From assembly GCA_038087875.1 (NCBI GenBank), contig CM075989.1, positions 20,958,001 to 21,022,000 on the forward strand: 64,000 nucleotides of DNA. Direction: 5' to 3'. Below are positions 50,021-61,890 of the stretch, in pieces. The DNA is from Malacoraja senta. Lineage: Eukaryota. The position numbers were made by a program, and so were the translations under genes. How positions within the stretch are numbered: position 1 is the stretch's first letter; each line of letters starts with the position of its first letter. The notes below the pieces were generated by a model. It saw nothing but the letters and a program-made list of their open reading frames with translations. It was not told where the DNA came from and ran no database searches.

Positions 50021-51654
50021 TGTATGCGTTATGATTGTTGTGATGTGCTTGGCCTACTCCTCCAATTCTGTTGATATGTTTACCCCAAAATATACAAAGC
50101 AATATTTTTCAATTAATCGCTGTAACAACTTGGATGGGACATTTAGTTAGAACTTATGGAATGCCGTTCATAATGACATTGCTGGTAAAATGGAAAGAAG
50201 TCATTTCCAGGATCGAACCCGGGTTAATTAGTTTAGTTTAGTTTATTGTCACGTGTACCGAGGTACAGTGAAAAGCTTTTGTTGTGTGCTAACCAGTCAG
50301 CAGCAAGACAATACATGATAACAATTGAGCCCTTTACGGTGAATAGATACATGATAAGGGCATAACGTACAGTGCAATGTAAGGCCAGCAAAGTCCGATC
50401 AAGGATAGTCTGAGGGTCACCAGTGAGGTAGATAGTAGTTCAGCACTGCTCTCTGGTCGTGGTAGGATGATTCAGTTGCCAGATAACCGGGTCTCTGGTG
50501 CTGTAAGGCAACAACTCTACCGCTGCGCCACCATGCCGCCCTTGCTCATGTGCACGGCCAGCCATCGTTAAGAGCGAGACATACTTAAAAAGAATGCCTT
50601 AGGAAAGAAAATCATCCGACATTTCCCGGTCCCAATTTGGTAAAGCGTCGAGGTATCAGGGAAGGGGTTTGGGGATGAAACGCTGTGAGCTGCTGCGGCA
50701 TTGTGACTTTGCATTGATCAGTTGACATGTTCTGCAGGGGTTGCTAGCGGGAACTTCCTTCTGTCAAGCTGCTGAAGAGAAATGAGGAAGTCATGGATGC
50801 AGAGAAATTGCGCACAGTCATTTGATACGCCTGACTGCCCTCTGACCCTCAGGTTAGAGTGGTATCCAGGCCATGTCCCAACCCGTAACACACTTACACA
50901 TAGCTATGGAAAATCGCCAGGGTATTTACATTGCCAAGACACGCACTTGATATTCAACAACTGTGACAGGGCTGCATCAATAAGTAGAGAAATTGACTCC
51001 TTTGAGGACTAGAGTTGCATTTTAGCCCCAAAGCGATCAGCAGGAGAGTTTGACGTATTTTAATAATCCATCAACATTTCACTTGTCTTATGAAACATAT
51101 CTCCTGCCGAAGCACTAATAGCACTAAATTAAAAAATACTTCTCAACTTTAACAATGGTTGCTTGGAGCTTCAAGTGTTTCCACCCTAGAACCCGTGCTC
51201 TGAAGTATTTCCTTTTGCACTATGTTCTTCAGTAGAACATACTCTATAGAATGTGTAGGTAGGAACTGTAGATGCTGGTTTAAATCGAAGATAGGCACAA
51301 AATGCTGGAGTAACTCAGCGGGACAGGCAGCATCTCTGGAGAGAAGGAATGAGCTACATTCGGTTGAAGACCCTTCTTTAGAGCAGTCTGAAGAAGGGTC
51401 TCGACCCGAAACATCACCCATTCCTTCTCTCCAGAGATGCTGCCTGTCCCGCTGAGTTACTCCAGCATTTTGTGTTTATCTTCATACTCTATAGAACTGT
51501 ACAGCACAGTAATTCAGCATCACATGTTTATTCCAACTGCAGAATTAGTTTACTACCAGCACACTCTCCAATTGCTGATACTATTTTTCCAGGAGGTTTA
51601 CCTCCAGTTCCCGACCCTCTACTTTCAGTCTGAAGAAGGGTCCCGACCCTTTGC

Positions 51655-52012
51655 ACGAGTCGCACCCTGGCCACTACATCTTCTCCCCTCTCCCATCGGG
51701 CAAAATGCATAAAAGTGTGAAAATGCACATCTCCAAATTCAGGGACTGTTTCTTCCCAGCTGTTATCAGGTAACTGAATCATCCTACCACAACCAGAGAG
51801 CGGTCCTGAATTACTATCCACCTCATTGGTGGCCCTCAGACTATCCTTGACTGGACTGATTTTACCTTGCACTAAACGCTATTTCCTTATCATGCATCTG
51901 CACACTGTAAATGGCTCGATTGTAATCATGTATTGTCTTTCCGCTGACTGGTTAGCATGCAACAGAAGCTTTTCACTGTACCAGTACACGTGACAATAAA
52001 TTAAACTAAACT
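51655..52012 (+). mobile_element. Rex1/Babar-like LINE 3' end
   Basis: Homologous to 3070-3450. Confidence 0.75.
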
Positions 52013-52401
52013 AGACCCAAAACATCACCCATCCTTTTTCTTCAGTGATGCTGCCTGACCTGCTGAGTTACTCCAGCACTTTGTGTCATGCAGAAGTCCT
52101 ATCGCATTTAATAGCAGTGTCACATAAAATACTTCCATTCCATTTCTTAGACAGCAGTGGAACAGACTGAGAGAACCCTTCAGCCTGAATATCTTGTAGG
52201 CGGGAAACAGAGAGGGAGGAAGGAGACGAAATGTGTAGGAAGGAACTGCAGATGCTGGTTTAAACGGAAGATGGACACAAAATGCAGGAGTCTGAAGAAG
52301 GGTCTCGACCTGAAACGTCACCCATTTCTTTTCTTCAGAGATGCTGCCTGTCCCGTTGAGTTACTCCAGCATTTTGTGCCCATCTTCGGCGAGTGGGTGA
52401 C

Positions 52402-52542
52402 ATGGGAGATTGCAACCTTCACGTGGCCCGCCCTGTTTCGACGATCAATCAAATCAATCAATTCGTGCACAATCAAATAAGATCAAATAGAACAAGTTGT
52501 CCTACAACTTTAGGCTGTGCACACCATAGGCAAGAAGAAGAA
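52402..52542 (+). mobile_element. Short retroposed element with an (AAG)n tail, copy 2
   Basis: Perfect 11-bp TSD GAGTGGGTGAC (52391-52401, 52543-52553). Confidence 0.8.
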
Positions 52543-53221
52543 GAGTGGGTGACTATGTAGGTGGTTAGTCGAAGATTGTGCGATCATCAGTGGAGGAAAG
52601 ATTTATTGATGGGGTCGAAGGAAGGGATGCAGAATGCTGGCAGGAAATGTTTGTTATGTGAAGATTGAAAGAAGCCCTTGTGCCCACCCTGGCCCACAGG
52701 TGGGGCTGGGCATGCACCAACCGACAAGATCTAGTCCTTCAATTCAACTGCCAGCTTCTCTGGGCTCTGGAGAAGTTAAAATAAAAGTCAGGTTATTAAT
52801 TATAGGCATTAACCGCTGTGAAAATTCAACACTGGTTTTGCTAATTAAAGCCTTGACTATGTCCACTGAGTTACCACACATCTATCCCAAATGCTTTTAT
52901 TAAATACAAAGATTAATGATGCTGAGTCAAGATTCCAGCATCTGTAGTTTCTTCTGCCTCCAAAATAATACTTGCACTCTGAGGGGTTTTGATGTTTTAA
53001 ATTCATTTCATATAGTTTTCGTAAATTTACATTTATTTTGCATTGAGACTTTCAAAATTGTTTTCATTTATTGTATTAGTTTCTGAATGTCAGAGATATT
53101 TATAAAAGGTGAGCATTTAGTTTCTCCGCTGTCAGTGGAGGTGAGGCCCAGCTTTGCCTCCTCCCAGTTAACGCTGAAGTACTTTGGGGTGCCTCAAGGT
53201 GGTGCCACCTATGGCCACATG

Positions 53222-53533
53222 CTTAGTTTTTTAGTTCAGAGATACAGCACAGAGACAGGCCCTTCGGCCCACTGAGTGCGCACCGCCCAGCGATCCCCGC
53301 ACGCTAACACTATCCTACACACTAGGGACAATATATAATATTACCAAAGCCAATTTACCTACAAACCCGCACATCTTTGGAATGTGGGAGGAAGCCGGAG
53401 ATCCCGGAGAAAACCCATGAGGTCACAGGGAGAACGTACAAATTCTGTACAGACAGCTCCTATAGTCAGGATCGAACCTGGGTCCCTGGCGCTGTGAGGC
53501 AGCAACTCGACTGCTGCTCCACCGTGCCACCCC
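53222..53533 (-). mobile_element. HE1-like SINE, full length
   Basis: Matches the other copies. Confidence 0.88.
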
Positions 53534-54697
53534 TGCTAGATTAGCCCTTCACACCTGGAACTGATGAGCAAATGCGGGCAACAAGAGACGTAAAAGTCTG
53601 CAGATGCTGGAAGCTTGAACAGAAAAGCAGAGCACAGGAGGAACTCAGCGGGTCAGGCAGCATCTGTGGAGGGAATGGACAGACGATGCTGCAGGCCGGC
53701 TTGTGTGCTAGTATAACGGGGATCGCCGGTCGGCGTAGACTCGATGGGCCGAAGGGCCTGTTTCCACGCTGTATATCTAAACTAAACTAAACTAAACTAA
53801 ACAGAACAATAGCTCGTAGTTGAGGCTTGTGTAGTGCAGGGTTCACGAGCCTGATAGTTGTTGGGAAGTAGCTGCTCGTGAACCTGGTGGCCATGGTCTT
53901 CAGACCCCCATACTTTCCTCCAGATGGGAGGAGTGAAATGGCCAGGCTGATATGGGTTTTTGATGATGATGAAAAGCAGTGGCAAAGAATCTCCAAACGT
54001 GGCTCTTGTTTCCAAAACCTCCAAAGATATTCCTTACACTTTTTTTTTTTTTTAAATTTTTATTTATTAGAAGTACATTACATTACAACCACATACATTA
54101 ATACTCGTCATTTATATCTTCTTACAATTAATGTACTCCCTTTATTTATTTTTTTACACTAGAGAAAGAAAAGATTGAAAGAGAGAAGAAAGTGAAGGAA
54201 AAAGTGCAAGTGTAGAAAAGTGTAGAAAATGTAACAACAAAAAAGGACGAAGACCCTATAAGAGCGAAATTAAAAACAAAAAGAAAAAGAGTTAAGAAAT
54301 AGGGCCTATTCCTTACACTTTTGTTGCAATTATTCGGCAGCCCCACATCTGCCTGGGATTGCTGCACATGTGGCCGTTCAGGCACACTCGGGTTTGACCT
54401 GCTCCAGCACCTGCTGTCTTACCTTCAATTACAATAACCAATAATACAATAGAGCAAAATCTTTCCTGCCCACGCACTGAGAAACTGTGTGGATCTAAAG
54501 TCATGCCAGGGGATAAAAATGGCCAATGTATTCAAATGAAAACCTTCCTGCAATTGTAACAGAGATGCCAACATGTTTACAATAATGCAGGGAGATTGGA
54601 CGTTCTCCTTGTGACCACGTGGGTTTTCTCCGGGTGCTCCGGTTTCACCCCACACTCCAAAGACATACAGGATTTTTAGGTTAATTGGCTTTGGTAA

Positions 54698-54931
54698 TGT
54701 AATGTAATGTAAATAAAGTTGAAAGGGGAGATGTAATGTAATGTAAATGCCAGCGCCTCTTGAGGCCAGGAGTAGAAGCTGGCGAGGGTGCCAGTGCCTC
54801 ATGACTAAGGTTAAGTGACCTTCCAGAAGTTTCTGTTAGTGTTGGAAATAAAGGCTTCTGACAAGATGGCGTCGGTGTCGGATGTGTATCCATTGTGCTA
54901 GCCACAACAGGGTCATACAAAAGACGTGACA
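54698..54931 (+). mobile_element. Collapsed LTR element: 17-bp 5' LTR stub, polypurine tract, 200-bp LTR
   Basis: TG...CA ends. 5-bp TSD GGTAA (54693-54697, 54932-54936). PPT GAAAGGGGAGA before 54732. AATAAA inside the LTR. Confidence 0.8.
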
Positions 54932-54957
54932 GGTAATATTGTAAACTGTCCTTACAG

Positions 54958-55138
54958 AAAGGCCTGTCCCACTTGGGCATCATTTGCATGTCATTTACGC
55001 GACATCATTTATGCGTCGTGACGCGCCCGTGACACGCGCATGGCGTGCATTACGGGCGCCCCAGGATTTGGTAATTCTCAAAATCCTCGCGCGCCACCTG
55101 CGTGACGCGCAAATGACGCCCAAGTGGGACAGGCCCTT
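54958..55138. mobile_element. PIF/Harbinger-type MITE (181 bp)
   Basis: About 30-bp TIRs AARGGCCTGTCCCACTTGGGCRTCATTTGC. 3-bp CAG TSD. Confidence 0.88.
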
Positions 55139-55279
55139 CAGTGTGTAGGATAGTGTTGGTATACGGGGTGATCGCTGGTGATGTGGACTCGGTGGGCAGA
55201 AGGGCCTGTTTCCAACCTGTATTGCTAAAGTCCAAAGTAAAGTCCAAAAGCTTCATTGAAATAGTTAAGTATGACATTC

Positions 55280-55470
55280 TACGTAGTTAGATGTATTCAA
55301 GAGGGAGTTGGATATAGCTCTTAGGGCTAACGGAATCAAAGGATACGGGGAGAAAGCAGGAACGGGGTACTGATTGGGGATGATCAGCCATGATCATATT
55401 GAATGGCGGTGCTGGCTCGAAGGGCCAAATGGCGTACTCCTGCACCTATTTTCTATGTTTCTATGTTTCT
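55280..55470 (+). mobile_element. CR1 3' end fragment
   Basis: ORF2 end plus (TTTCTATG)n tail. Confidence 0.85.
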
Positions 55471-56183
55471 GTTGTATTTGTACACTTCTATTCAGCGATA
55501 TTACTTCAGGATCTGTGCCAATTAGTAGATGCCAGCAATGATTATTAGGGCACAAGAACACTCAGTGGGCACCAGTCTTACAAAACTATTTTTAAATTTA
55601 TGTTGAACTTGTTTATATCTTGTTCATGTTGTTTGATCCAGTGGCAGTACTGGAATGAAAGAAATCCATTTATATCAAATTAATACATTTGAGAGAGGAG
55701 GTGAAATAAATATCGAAGCAGTAAATTCACGTCAGATTTTATTAAATATATTGTTGCGAGACCACATATGATCATGTTTTAAATTCTGTGATTAAGTTGG
55801 GACTCAGGACCCAGCTTATCTGTTAAAATCTATTATATTTTCAATATTATAAGCAGCCTCCGACATGTGCAAGAGATGACAGTGTTCAGACAGAGACTCG
55901 CATTGTTTACTCGCATCTCATTCTTGATGGAATGGAAAATGAAGCGTGAAAATTCGCTATAGAAGGTTAAGTGCTCTAGTCCACATGTAGAAGCGAATGA
56001 GGCAGCCAAGCCTGTGTAATTGAAGCATGTATTGTGTTTTTTTTCTCAGAGATGGAAGTAAGTTCTACTATTAAAATAATGTCAAAGTGTTCATTCGTAG
56101 TTCACGCTTGTTGGGTGAACCTGGCTGCTTTTTTTTTTAAAGGCAGTCAAAAGAAAATGGAAAATTACTAGCTTTGTACTCAC

Positions 56184-56247
56184 CTCAGTCGTAAACTTTC
56201 ACCTTCTGATAGTTTATTCATTTCAGGAAATACATCCCTTAGATTGC
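56184..56247 (-). other. Candidate 64-nt exon of an unidentified host transcript
   Basis: Pyrimidine-rich ..TTCTCCCATCACCTACTCCAG acceptor and GAG|GTGAGT donor. One open frame (NLRDVFPEMNKLSEGESLRL). No homology recognised. Confidence 0.3.
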
Positions 56248-56529
56248 CTGGAGTAGGTGATGGGAGAATTTGAACAACTCGCTGTGTCAAAATATTGGTT
56301 GCCAATCTTTAAAAGCCGCACAAGCTTGTAAAATCGGACTTGCTTGGGTTTTGAAAGGGTAGGCTCTCTCTCTTGTGCTGTAATGCGGGGGGGGGGGGGG
56401 GGGAGGAAATGTAATGTACTTGCCCAGAGTGGCAAGAGAGGAAACCAGGGGCTAAATTAGAATGGAGATGCAACAAACTGCTGATGAGTATTACCGTCTT
56501 ACAAAAAAAGACACAAAGTGCTGGAGTTG

Positions 56530-57000
56530 GTGACTCGAGGACCAGAGAACAGAGGTTTAAGGTGAAGGAGAAAGATTTAATAGGAATCTGAGGGGCATCT
56601 TTTTCACACAAAGGCTGGTGGGTGTATGGAACAAGCTGCCAGAGGAGGTTGTTGAGGCTGGGACTATCCCAACATTTAAGAAGCAGCTAGCCAGGCACGT
56701 GGATAGGACAGGTTTGGACGGATATGGACCAAACACAGGCTGGTGGGAATAATGTGGCTGGGACATGTTGGCCGGTGTGGGCAAGTTGGGCCGAAGGGCC
56801 TGTTTCCACACTGTATTACTCTATGACTCTATGAGTAAGGTGGAAATTGACATATTCCTCATCAATACGGGTGTCAGGGGTTACGGGGAAAAAGACAGGA
56901 GAATGGGGTTGAGAGGGAAAGATAGATCGGCCAAGATTGAATGGCGGAGTAGACTTAATGGGCCAAATAGCCTAATTCTACTCCAATAACTTATGGACAT
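56530..57000 (+). mobile_element. Two adjacent CR1 3' end fragments
   Basis: FFTQRLVGVWNKLP and 3' UTRs with (CTCTATGA)- and (TTATG)-type tails. Confidence 0.8.
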
Positions 57001-57438
57001 GAACTAACTCAACGAGTCAGTTAATGTGGAACATAAATCCCACCAAGGAGTTGGTCAATTGAATGGCATGTATCTGCACTACAGGTCCACCACCGATTTT
57101 CTGGCACCCTTGGTTCCAGAGCCTTTCTGGGTTATCCGTTTTGCCGGACCAATAGACGTCATGGCTTCTGACAGGAGTGCAATGGTACCGGAACCTCAAC
57201 CTCATTCTTCTGCCTCTCCCTGTAACCTTTGACGCCCTTCCTAATCTTTATTTCTTGGTCAATTGGGAACAAAATATTATTGAACTGTGGCTGGCAACAG
57301 ACGAACAGATACACAGATGGAGCCATAGATTCATACAGCTCACAAATAGGTCCTTCAGCCCAACTTCCCCATGCCAACCAAGGTGTTCCATTTGCACTTG
57401 CAGTCCCACCTGTTCATATCTGTCTGAACCTTTCCTAT

Positions 57439-57775
57439 CTTAGTTTAGTTTAGTTTACAGATACAGCACGGAATCATGCCCTTCGGCCCACCGAGTCCCC
57501 ACCGACCGGCGATCCCCGCACATTAACACTATCCTACACACACTAGGGACAATTTACACTTATACCAAGTATACAAACCCAAGCCAATTAACCTACAAAC
57601 CTGTACATTTTTTGAATGTGGGAGGAAACCGAAGATCTCGGAGAAAACCCAGGTTGTCATGGGAAGAACGTACAGACTCCGTACAGACAGCACCCGTAGT
57701 CGGGATCGAACCCGGATCTCCGGCGCTGCAAGCGCTGTAAAGCAGCAACACTACTGCTGTGCCACCGTGCCGCCC
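57439..57775 (-). mobile_element. HE1-like SINE, full length
   Basis: Matches the other copies. Confidence 0.88.
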
Positions 57776-57779
57776 TATG

Positions 57780-58240
57780 TATAGAAACATAGCAAATAGG
57801 TGCAGGAGTAGGCCATTCGGCCCTTCGAGCCTGCACCGCCATTCAATATGATCATGGCTGATCATCCAACTCAGTATCCTGTACCTGCTTTCTCTCCATA
57901 CCCCCTGATCCCTTTAGCCACAAGGGCCACATCTAACTCCCTCTTAAATATAGCCAATGAATTGGCCTCAACTACCTTCTGTGGCAGAGAATTCCACAGA
58001 TTCACCACTCTCTGTGTGAAAAATGTTTTCCTCATCTCGGTCCTAAAAGATTTCCCCCTTATCCTTAAACTGTGACCCCTTGTTCTGGACTTCCCCAACA
58101 TCGGGAACAATTTTCCTGCATCTAGCCTGTCCAACCCCTTAAGAATTTTGTACGTTTCTATAAGATCCCCCCTCAATCTTCTAAATTCTAGCGAGTACAA
58201 ACTGAGTCTATCCAGTCTTTCTTCATATGAAAGTCCTGAA
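57780..58240 (-). mobile_element. CR1 3' end fragment
   Basis: YSLEFRRLRGDLIETYKI...FFTQRVVNLWNSLP and tail. Confidence 0.9.
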
Positions 58241-58653
58241 AGTCCTGTAGCTATGTACTAAGTAACTGTCTGGATATGAAATTATGCCATGGCATAAAAA
58301 TGGCTAATGTATTTAAATTAAAATCTTTTTAACTCAATGATATAAAATGCTGGTGTAACTCAGCAGGTCAGGTAGTCAAACTGTAAAGAGGTCAATAGCT
58401 TCTTGAAACAAATACGGGACACAAAATATTCGACAAACACTGTGAACGTTTACACCTCGCTTTTTGCTTCTAAGTCAAAGCAAGGTGTTGTTATATATCT
58501 TTTATGAAGCATAATAATGTATCCATTTATAAACACAGATGATGATATAAACTGCCAAAAAATGAACTAATATTATTTTTTTTCCAATGAGTGTGATCAG
58601 GCAATCTGGGAATTTATTGAGAATGAAACGATATTAAAGAATGATTTAAAATA

Positions 58654-58951
58654 AGGGTGGCACAGTGACGCAGCAAGAGAGTTGCTGCCTCACAGCCACA
58701 GAGACCTAGGTTCGATCCTGACTACAGGTACTGTCTGTATGGGTTCTCCCCGTGAACTGCGTGGGTTTTCCCTGGGTGCTCCGGTTTCCTCCCACATTCC
58801 AAAGACGTACAGTTTGAAGGCTAATTGGCTTGGTAAAATTGTAAATTGTCCCTAGTGCGTAGGGCAGTGCTAGTGTGCGGGGATCGCTGGTCGGCGCGGA
58901 CTCGTTGGGGCGAAGGGCCTGTTTCCGCGCTGTATCTCTGAACTAAACTAA
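58654..58951 (+). mobile_element. HE1-like SINE, full length
   Basis: Matches the other copies. Confidence 0.88.
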
Positions 58952-59485
58952 ATTAACAGGGAGCACAAAATTTGGGCAGTGCAGCTCTTTGCTGGAGTGC
59001 TATGGTTGTTAATTTTCTCCTGGTGTGGAGAGTGATGAGTGTGGTCTTGTTGTTATGTAAATTGTGCAGGCTGCCATTTTGGGAAGGAAGTTACCATATG
59101 AGTCATTAAGCCGATGCCAGAGACATGCAAAGTAGGCAAATCACAACATCAATCAATGCACTGCACTGATTTATTGCAGGGACTGCCAAATTTGAGCTCA
59201 ACTTCACATGAATGGTGTGTGTTAACCACAGATGGGTGAATATACTCAGCAGCAGAAAAGACACTCCCCTTACATGCTATTTAAATGAAATATCATTTAC
59301 TTGCAAGGTAGTGGTTGATTGATTACTCCTGAGTGTTGCTTTCATTGAACTAGTTACCTGCTGCTGTGTAAGAAGGAACTGCAGATGCTGGTTTACACCG
59401 AAGATAGACAGAAAATGCTGGAGTAACTCAGCGGGACAGGCAGCATCTCCGGAGAGAAGGAATGGGTGACGTTTCCGGTCGAGAC

Positions 59486-59513
59486 CTGATGAAGGGTCTC
59501 GACCCGAAACGTC
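59486..59513 (+). ncRNA. Minimal hammerhead-ribozyme-like core in a Penelope-derived repeat
   Basis: CTGATGA-A-GGGTC-TC-GACCC-GAAAC-GTC. Stem I is weak and activity is unverified. Confidence 0.5.
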
Positions 59514-60680
59514 ACCTATTCCTTTTCTCCAGAGTACCTGGTGCCTCTCGTCTTCTTTAAAAGTGCAAATGTCTTCAGGGAGTGGATGGCCAAGGTCAGA
59601 ACTTGTGTGAGACTTCGACAGTGAATGGTCCGCACCTCCTCGTCCCCCCGCCCCCTGGTAATCATGGCTTTCATTAGCCATTCTTTCAGGATTTTATTTT
59701 AAATAATCTCTATTCAGAATAAAAAAATATATATACAAAACAATGACTGTGCAAAAGTGGTACAGTTGCAAAGTGGCCACAGTGGTGCAACAGTTGAGTT
59801 GCTGCCTTACAATGCCAGAGACACGGGTTCGATCCTGCACGTCTTTGGAGCGTAGGAGGAAACCGGAGCTCCCGGAGAAAACCCATGCAGTCACGGGGAA
59901 AAAATACAAACTCCGTACAGACTGCACCCGTAGTCAGGATCGAACCCAGGTCGCTGGCGCTGTGAGTCAGCAACTCTACCGCTGCGCCACCGTGTCGCCC
60001 CAAAGTCCACACTGTTTCAGCTACAACCTCAACTGCAGAAGCATTGAACGAGCATCTAGTTTGTTGATAATATTATGGTCACATAATATTTGTGTATCCA
60101 CTAGATTTGCGTACGGGATATTTACAATATATACTAAATACTGTCACATGATGCAGATCATGGACGTACTTTAATAAGTTCATAAATGCTGGGAGCAGAA
60201 TTAGGCCATTCGGCCCATCGTCTACTCCGCCATTCAATCATAGCTGATCTATCTCTCCCTCCTAACCCCATTCTCCCCATAAACCCTGATACCCGCACTA
60301 ATCGAGAATCTATCTATATCTACCTTAAAAGCAGGAGATGGATCGACTGGGCTTGTATTCGCTGAAATTTAGAAGGATGAGAGGGAATCATAGCCTATAT
60401 TACTAAAAGTCTGATCTTGACCACTTCCTGTTCTGTATATAGATTTTATTTTAAAAAACGCTGCGACTTACGGCTGTGATTTTTGGCCATCTTACTCAGA
60501 GTCCCCGTCCGCTGAGCAGAACAAGAGGATTTTTCCCATCGATGAAAAATAAGAGTTATTAGTGTTTAAAAAATGTTGAGATGCTCTCTCCTGAAGACCA
60601 CGCCCCTTCCGGAGGGACTATAAAACCCGGACGTGTTGAGTGCCTCAATCAGTCTCTGCAAGATGGGGGAGCGAGAGGGT

Positions 60681-60941
60681 CATAGAAACATAGAAACATA
60701 GAAATTAGGTGCAGGAGTAGGCCATTCGGCCCTTCGAGCCTGCACCGCCATTCAATATGATCATGGCTGATCATCCAACTCAGTATCCCGTACCTGCCTT
60801 CTCTCCATACCCTCTGATCCCTTTAGCCACAAGGGCCACATCTAGCTCCCTCTTAAATATAGCCAATGAACTGGCCTCGACTACCCTCTGTGGCAGAGAG
60901 TTCCAGAGATTCACCACTCTCTGTGTGAAAAAAGTTCTTCT
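60681..60941 (-). mobile_element. CR1 3' end fragment nested in the Helitron-like element
   Basis: FFTQRVVNLWNSLP..GYGEKAGTGY plus a (CATAGAAA)n tail seen on the + strand. Confidence 0.88.
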
Positions 60942-61040
60942 CAGTCTCTCAGTCTGAGCTGTGAATAACACAGAACACATGTCTACTAAACTGTGAGTGG
61001 TTTTACTGACCTGTCAGTGCCCTTAATGTGGTTTGAAAAT

Positions 61041-61224
61041 ATAGTTTGTAAATGCTAAAGTTGTGTTGCCTTTGGTTTGGAAATGCTAAAGCTGTGTTGC
61101 CTTTGGTTTGGAAATGCTAAAGCTGTGTTGCTGTTGTTGTGGAAATGCTAAAGCTGTGTTGCCTTTGGTTTGGAAATGCTAAAGCTGTGTTGCCTTTGGT
61201 TTGGAAATGCTAAAGCTGTGTTGC
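61041..61224. repeat. 31-bp minisatellite, about 6 copies
   Basis: GGAAATGCTAAAGCTGTGTTGCCTTTGGTTT. Confidence 0.95.
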
Positions 61225-61435
61225 CTAATTAAAGTTGCCTTGCCTAATTAAAGTTGACTTGCCTAATTAAAGTTCACTTGCCTAATTAAAGTTGCCTTGC
61301 CTAATTAAAGTTGCCTTGCCTAATTAAAGTTGCCTTGCCTAATTAAAGTTGCCTTGCCTAATTAAAGTTGCCTTGCCTAATTAAAGTTGCCTTGCCTAAT
61401 TAAAGTTGCCTTGCCCAATTAAAGTTGTCTTGCCT
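61221..61435. repeat. 19-bp minisatellite, about 11 copies
   Basis: GCCTAATTAAAGTTGCCTT. Confidence 0.95.
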
Positions 61436-61764
61436 TCCATATAATTAAAAGTCTAATCTTGACAACTTCCTGTTTGCGCTTTATATTGATTTTAGAAAAC
61501 ACGCTACCATGTACAACTGTGATGTTTGGCCATCTTACTCAGAGTCCCCCTCCGCTCATCAGGTGCCGAGGATTTTTCCCATCGATGAAAAATAAAAGAG
61601 TTATTAGTGTTTAAAAAATGTTGAGATTCTCTCTCCTGTCAATCACGCCATGAAGGCCACACCCCTTCTGGTGGGAGGGGGGAGGGACTATAAAACCCAG
61701 AAGTGTGGGCGTGGCTCAGTTTCTGCAAGATGGAGGAGGGAGAGGTCACGACTCGCTGTCTTTA

Positions 61765-61890
61765 GTGGCCTTGCACCCTGCTTGAAATGGTATGAAACTG
61801 CACTTGAATTTGGTGGTCTTGCACCCTGCTTGAAGTGGTAAGAAACTACACTTGAATTTGGTGGCCTTGCACCCTGCTTGAAATGGAATT
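61765..61890. repeat. 48-bp tandem repeat, about 2.6 copies
   Basis: GTGGYCTTGCACCCTGCTTGAA starts at 61765, 61813 and 61861. Confidence 0.9.

Larger units (their letters stand above)
54590..55250 (+). mobile_element. HE1-like SINE interrupted by an LTR remnant and a MITE
   Basis: SINE consensus resumes at 54932-54957 and at 55139. Confidence 0.8.

Noticed and set aside
56050..56057. 8-nt plus-strand micro-exon (CAG|AGATGGAA|GTAAGT)
   Set aside because: Not frame-preserving as drawn, conflicts with the adjacent minus-strand candidate, and has no other support.
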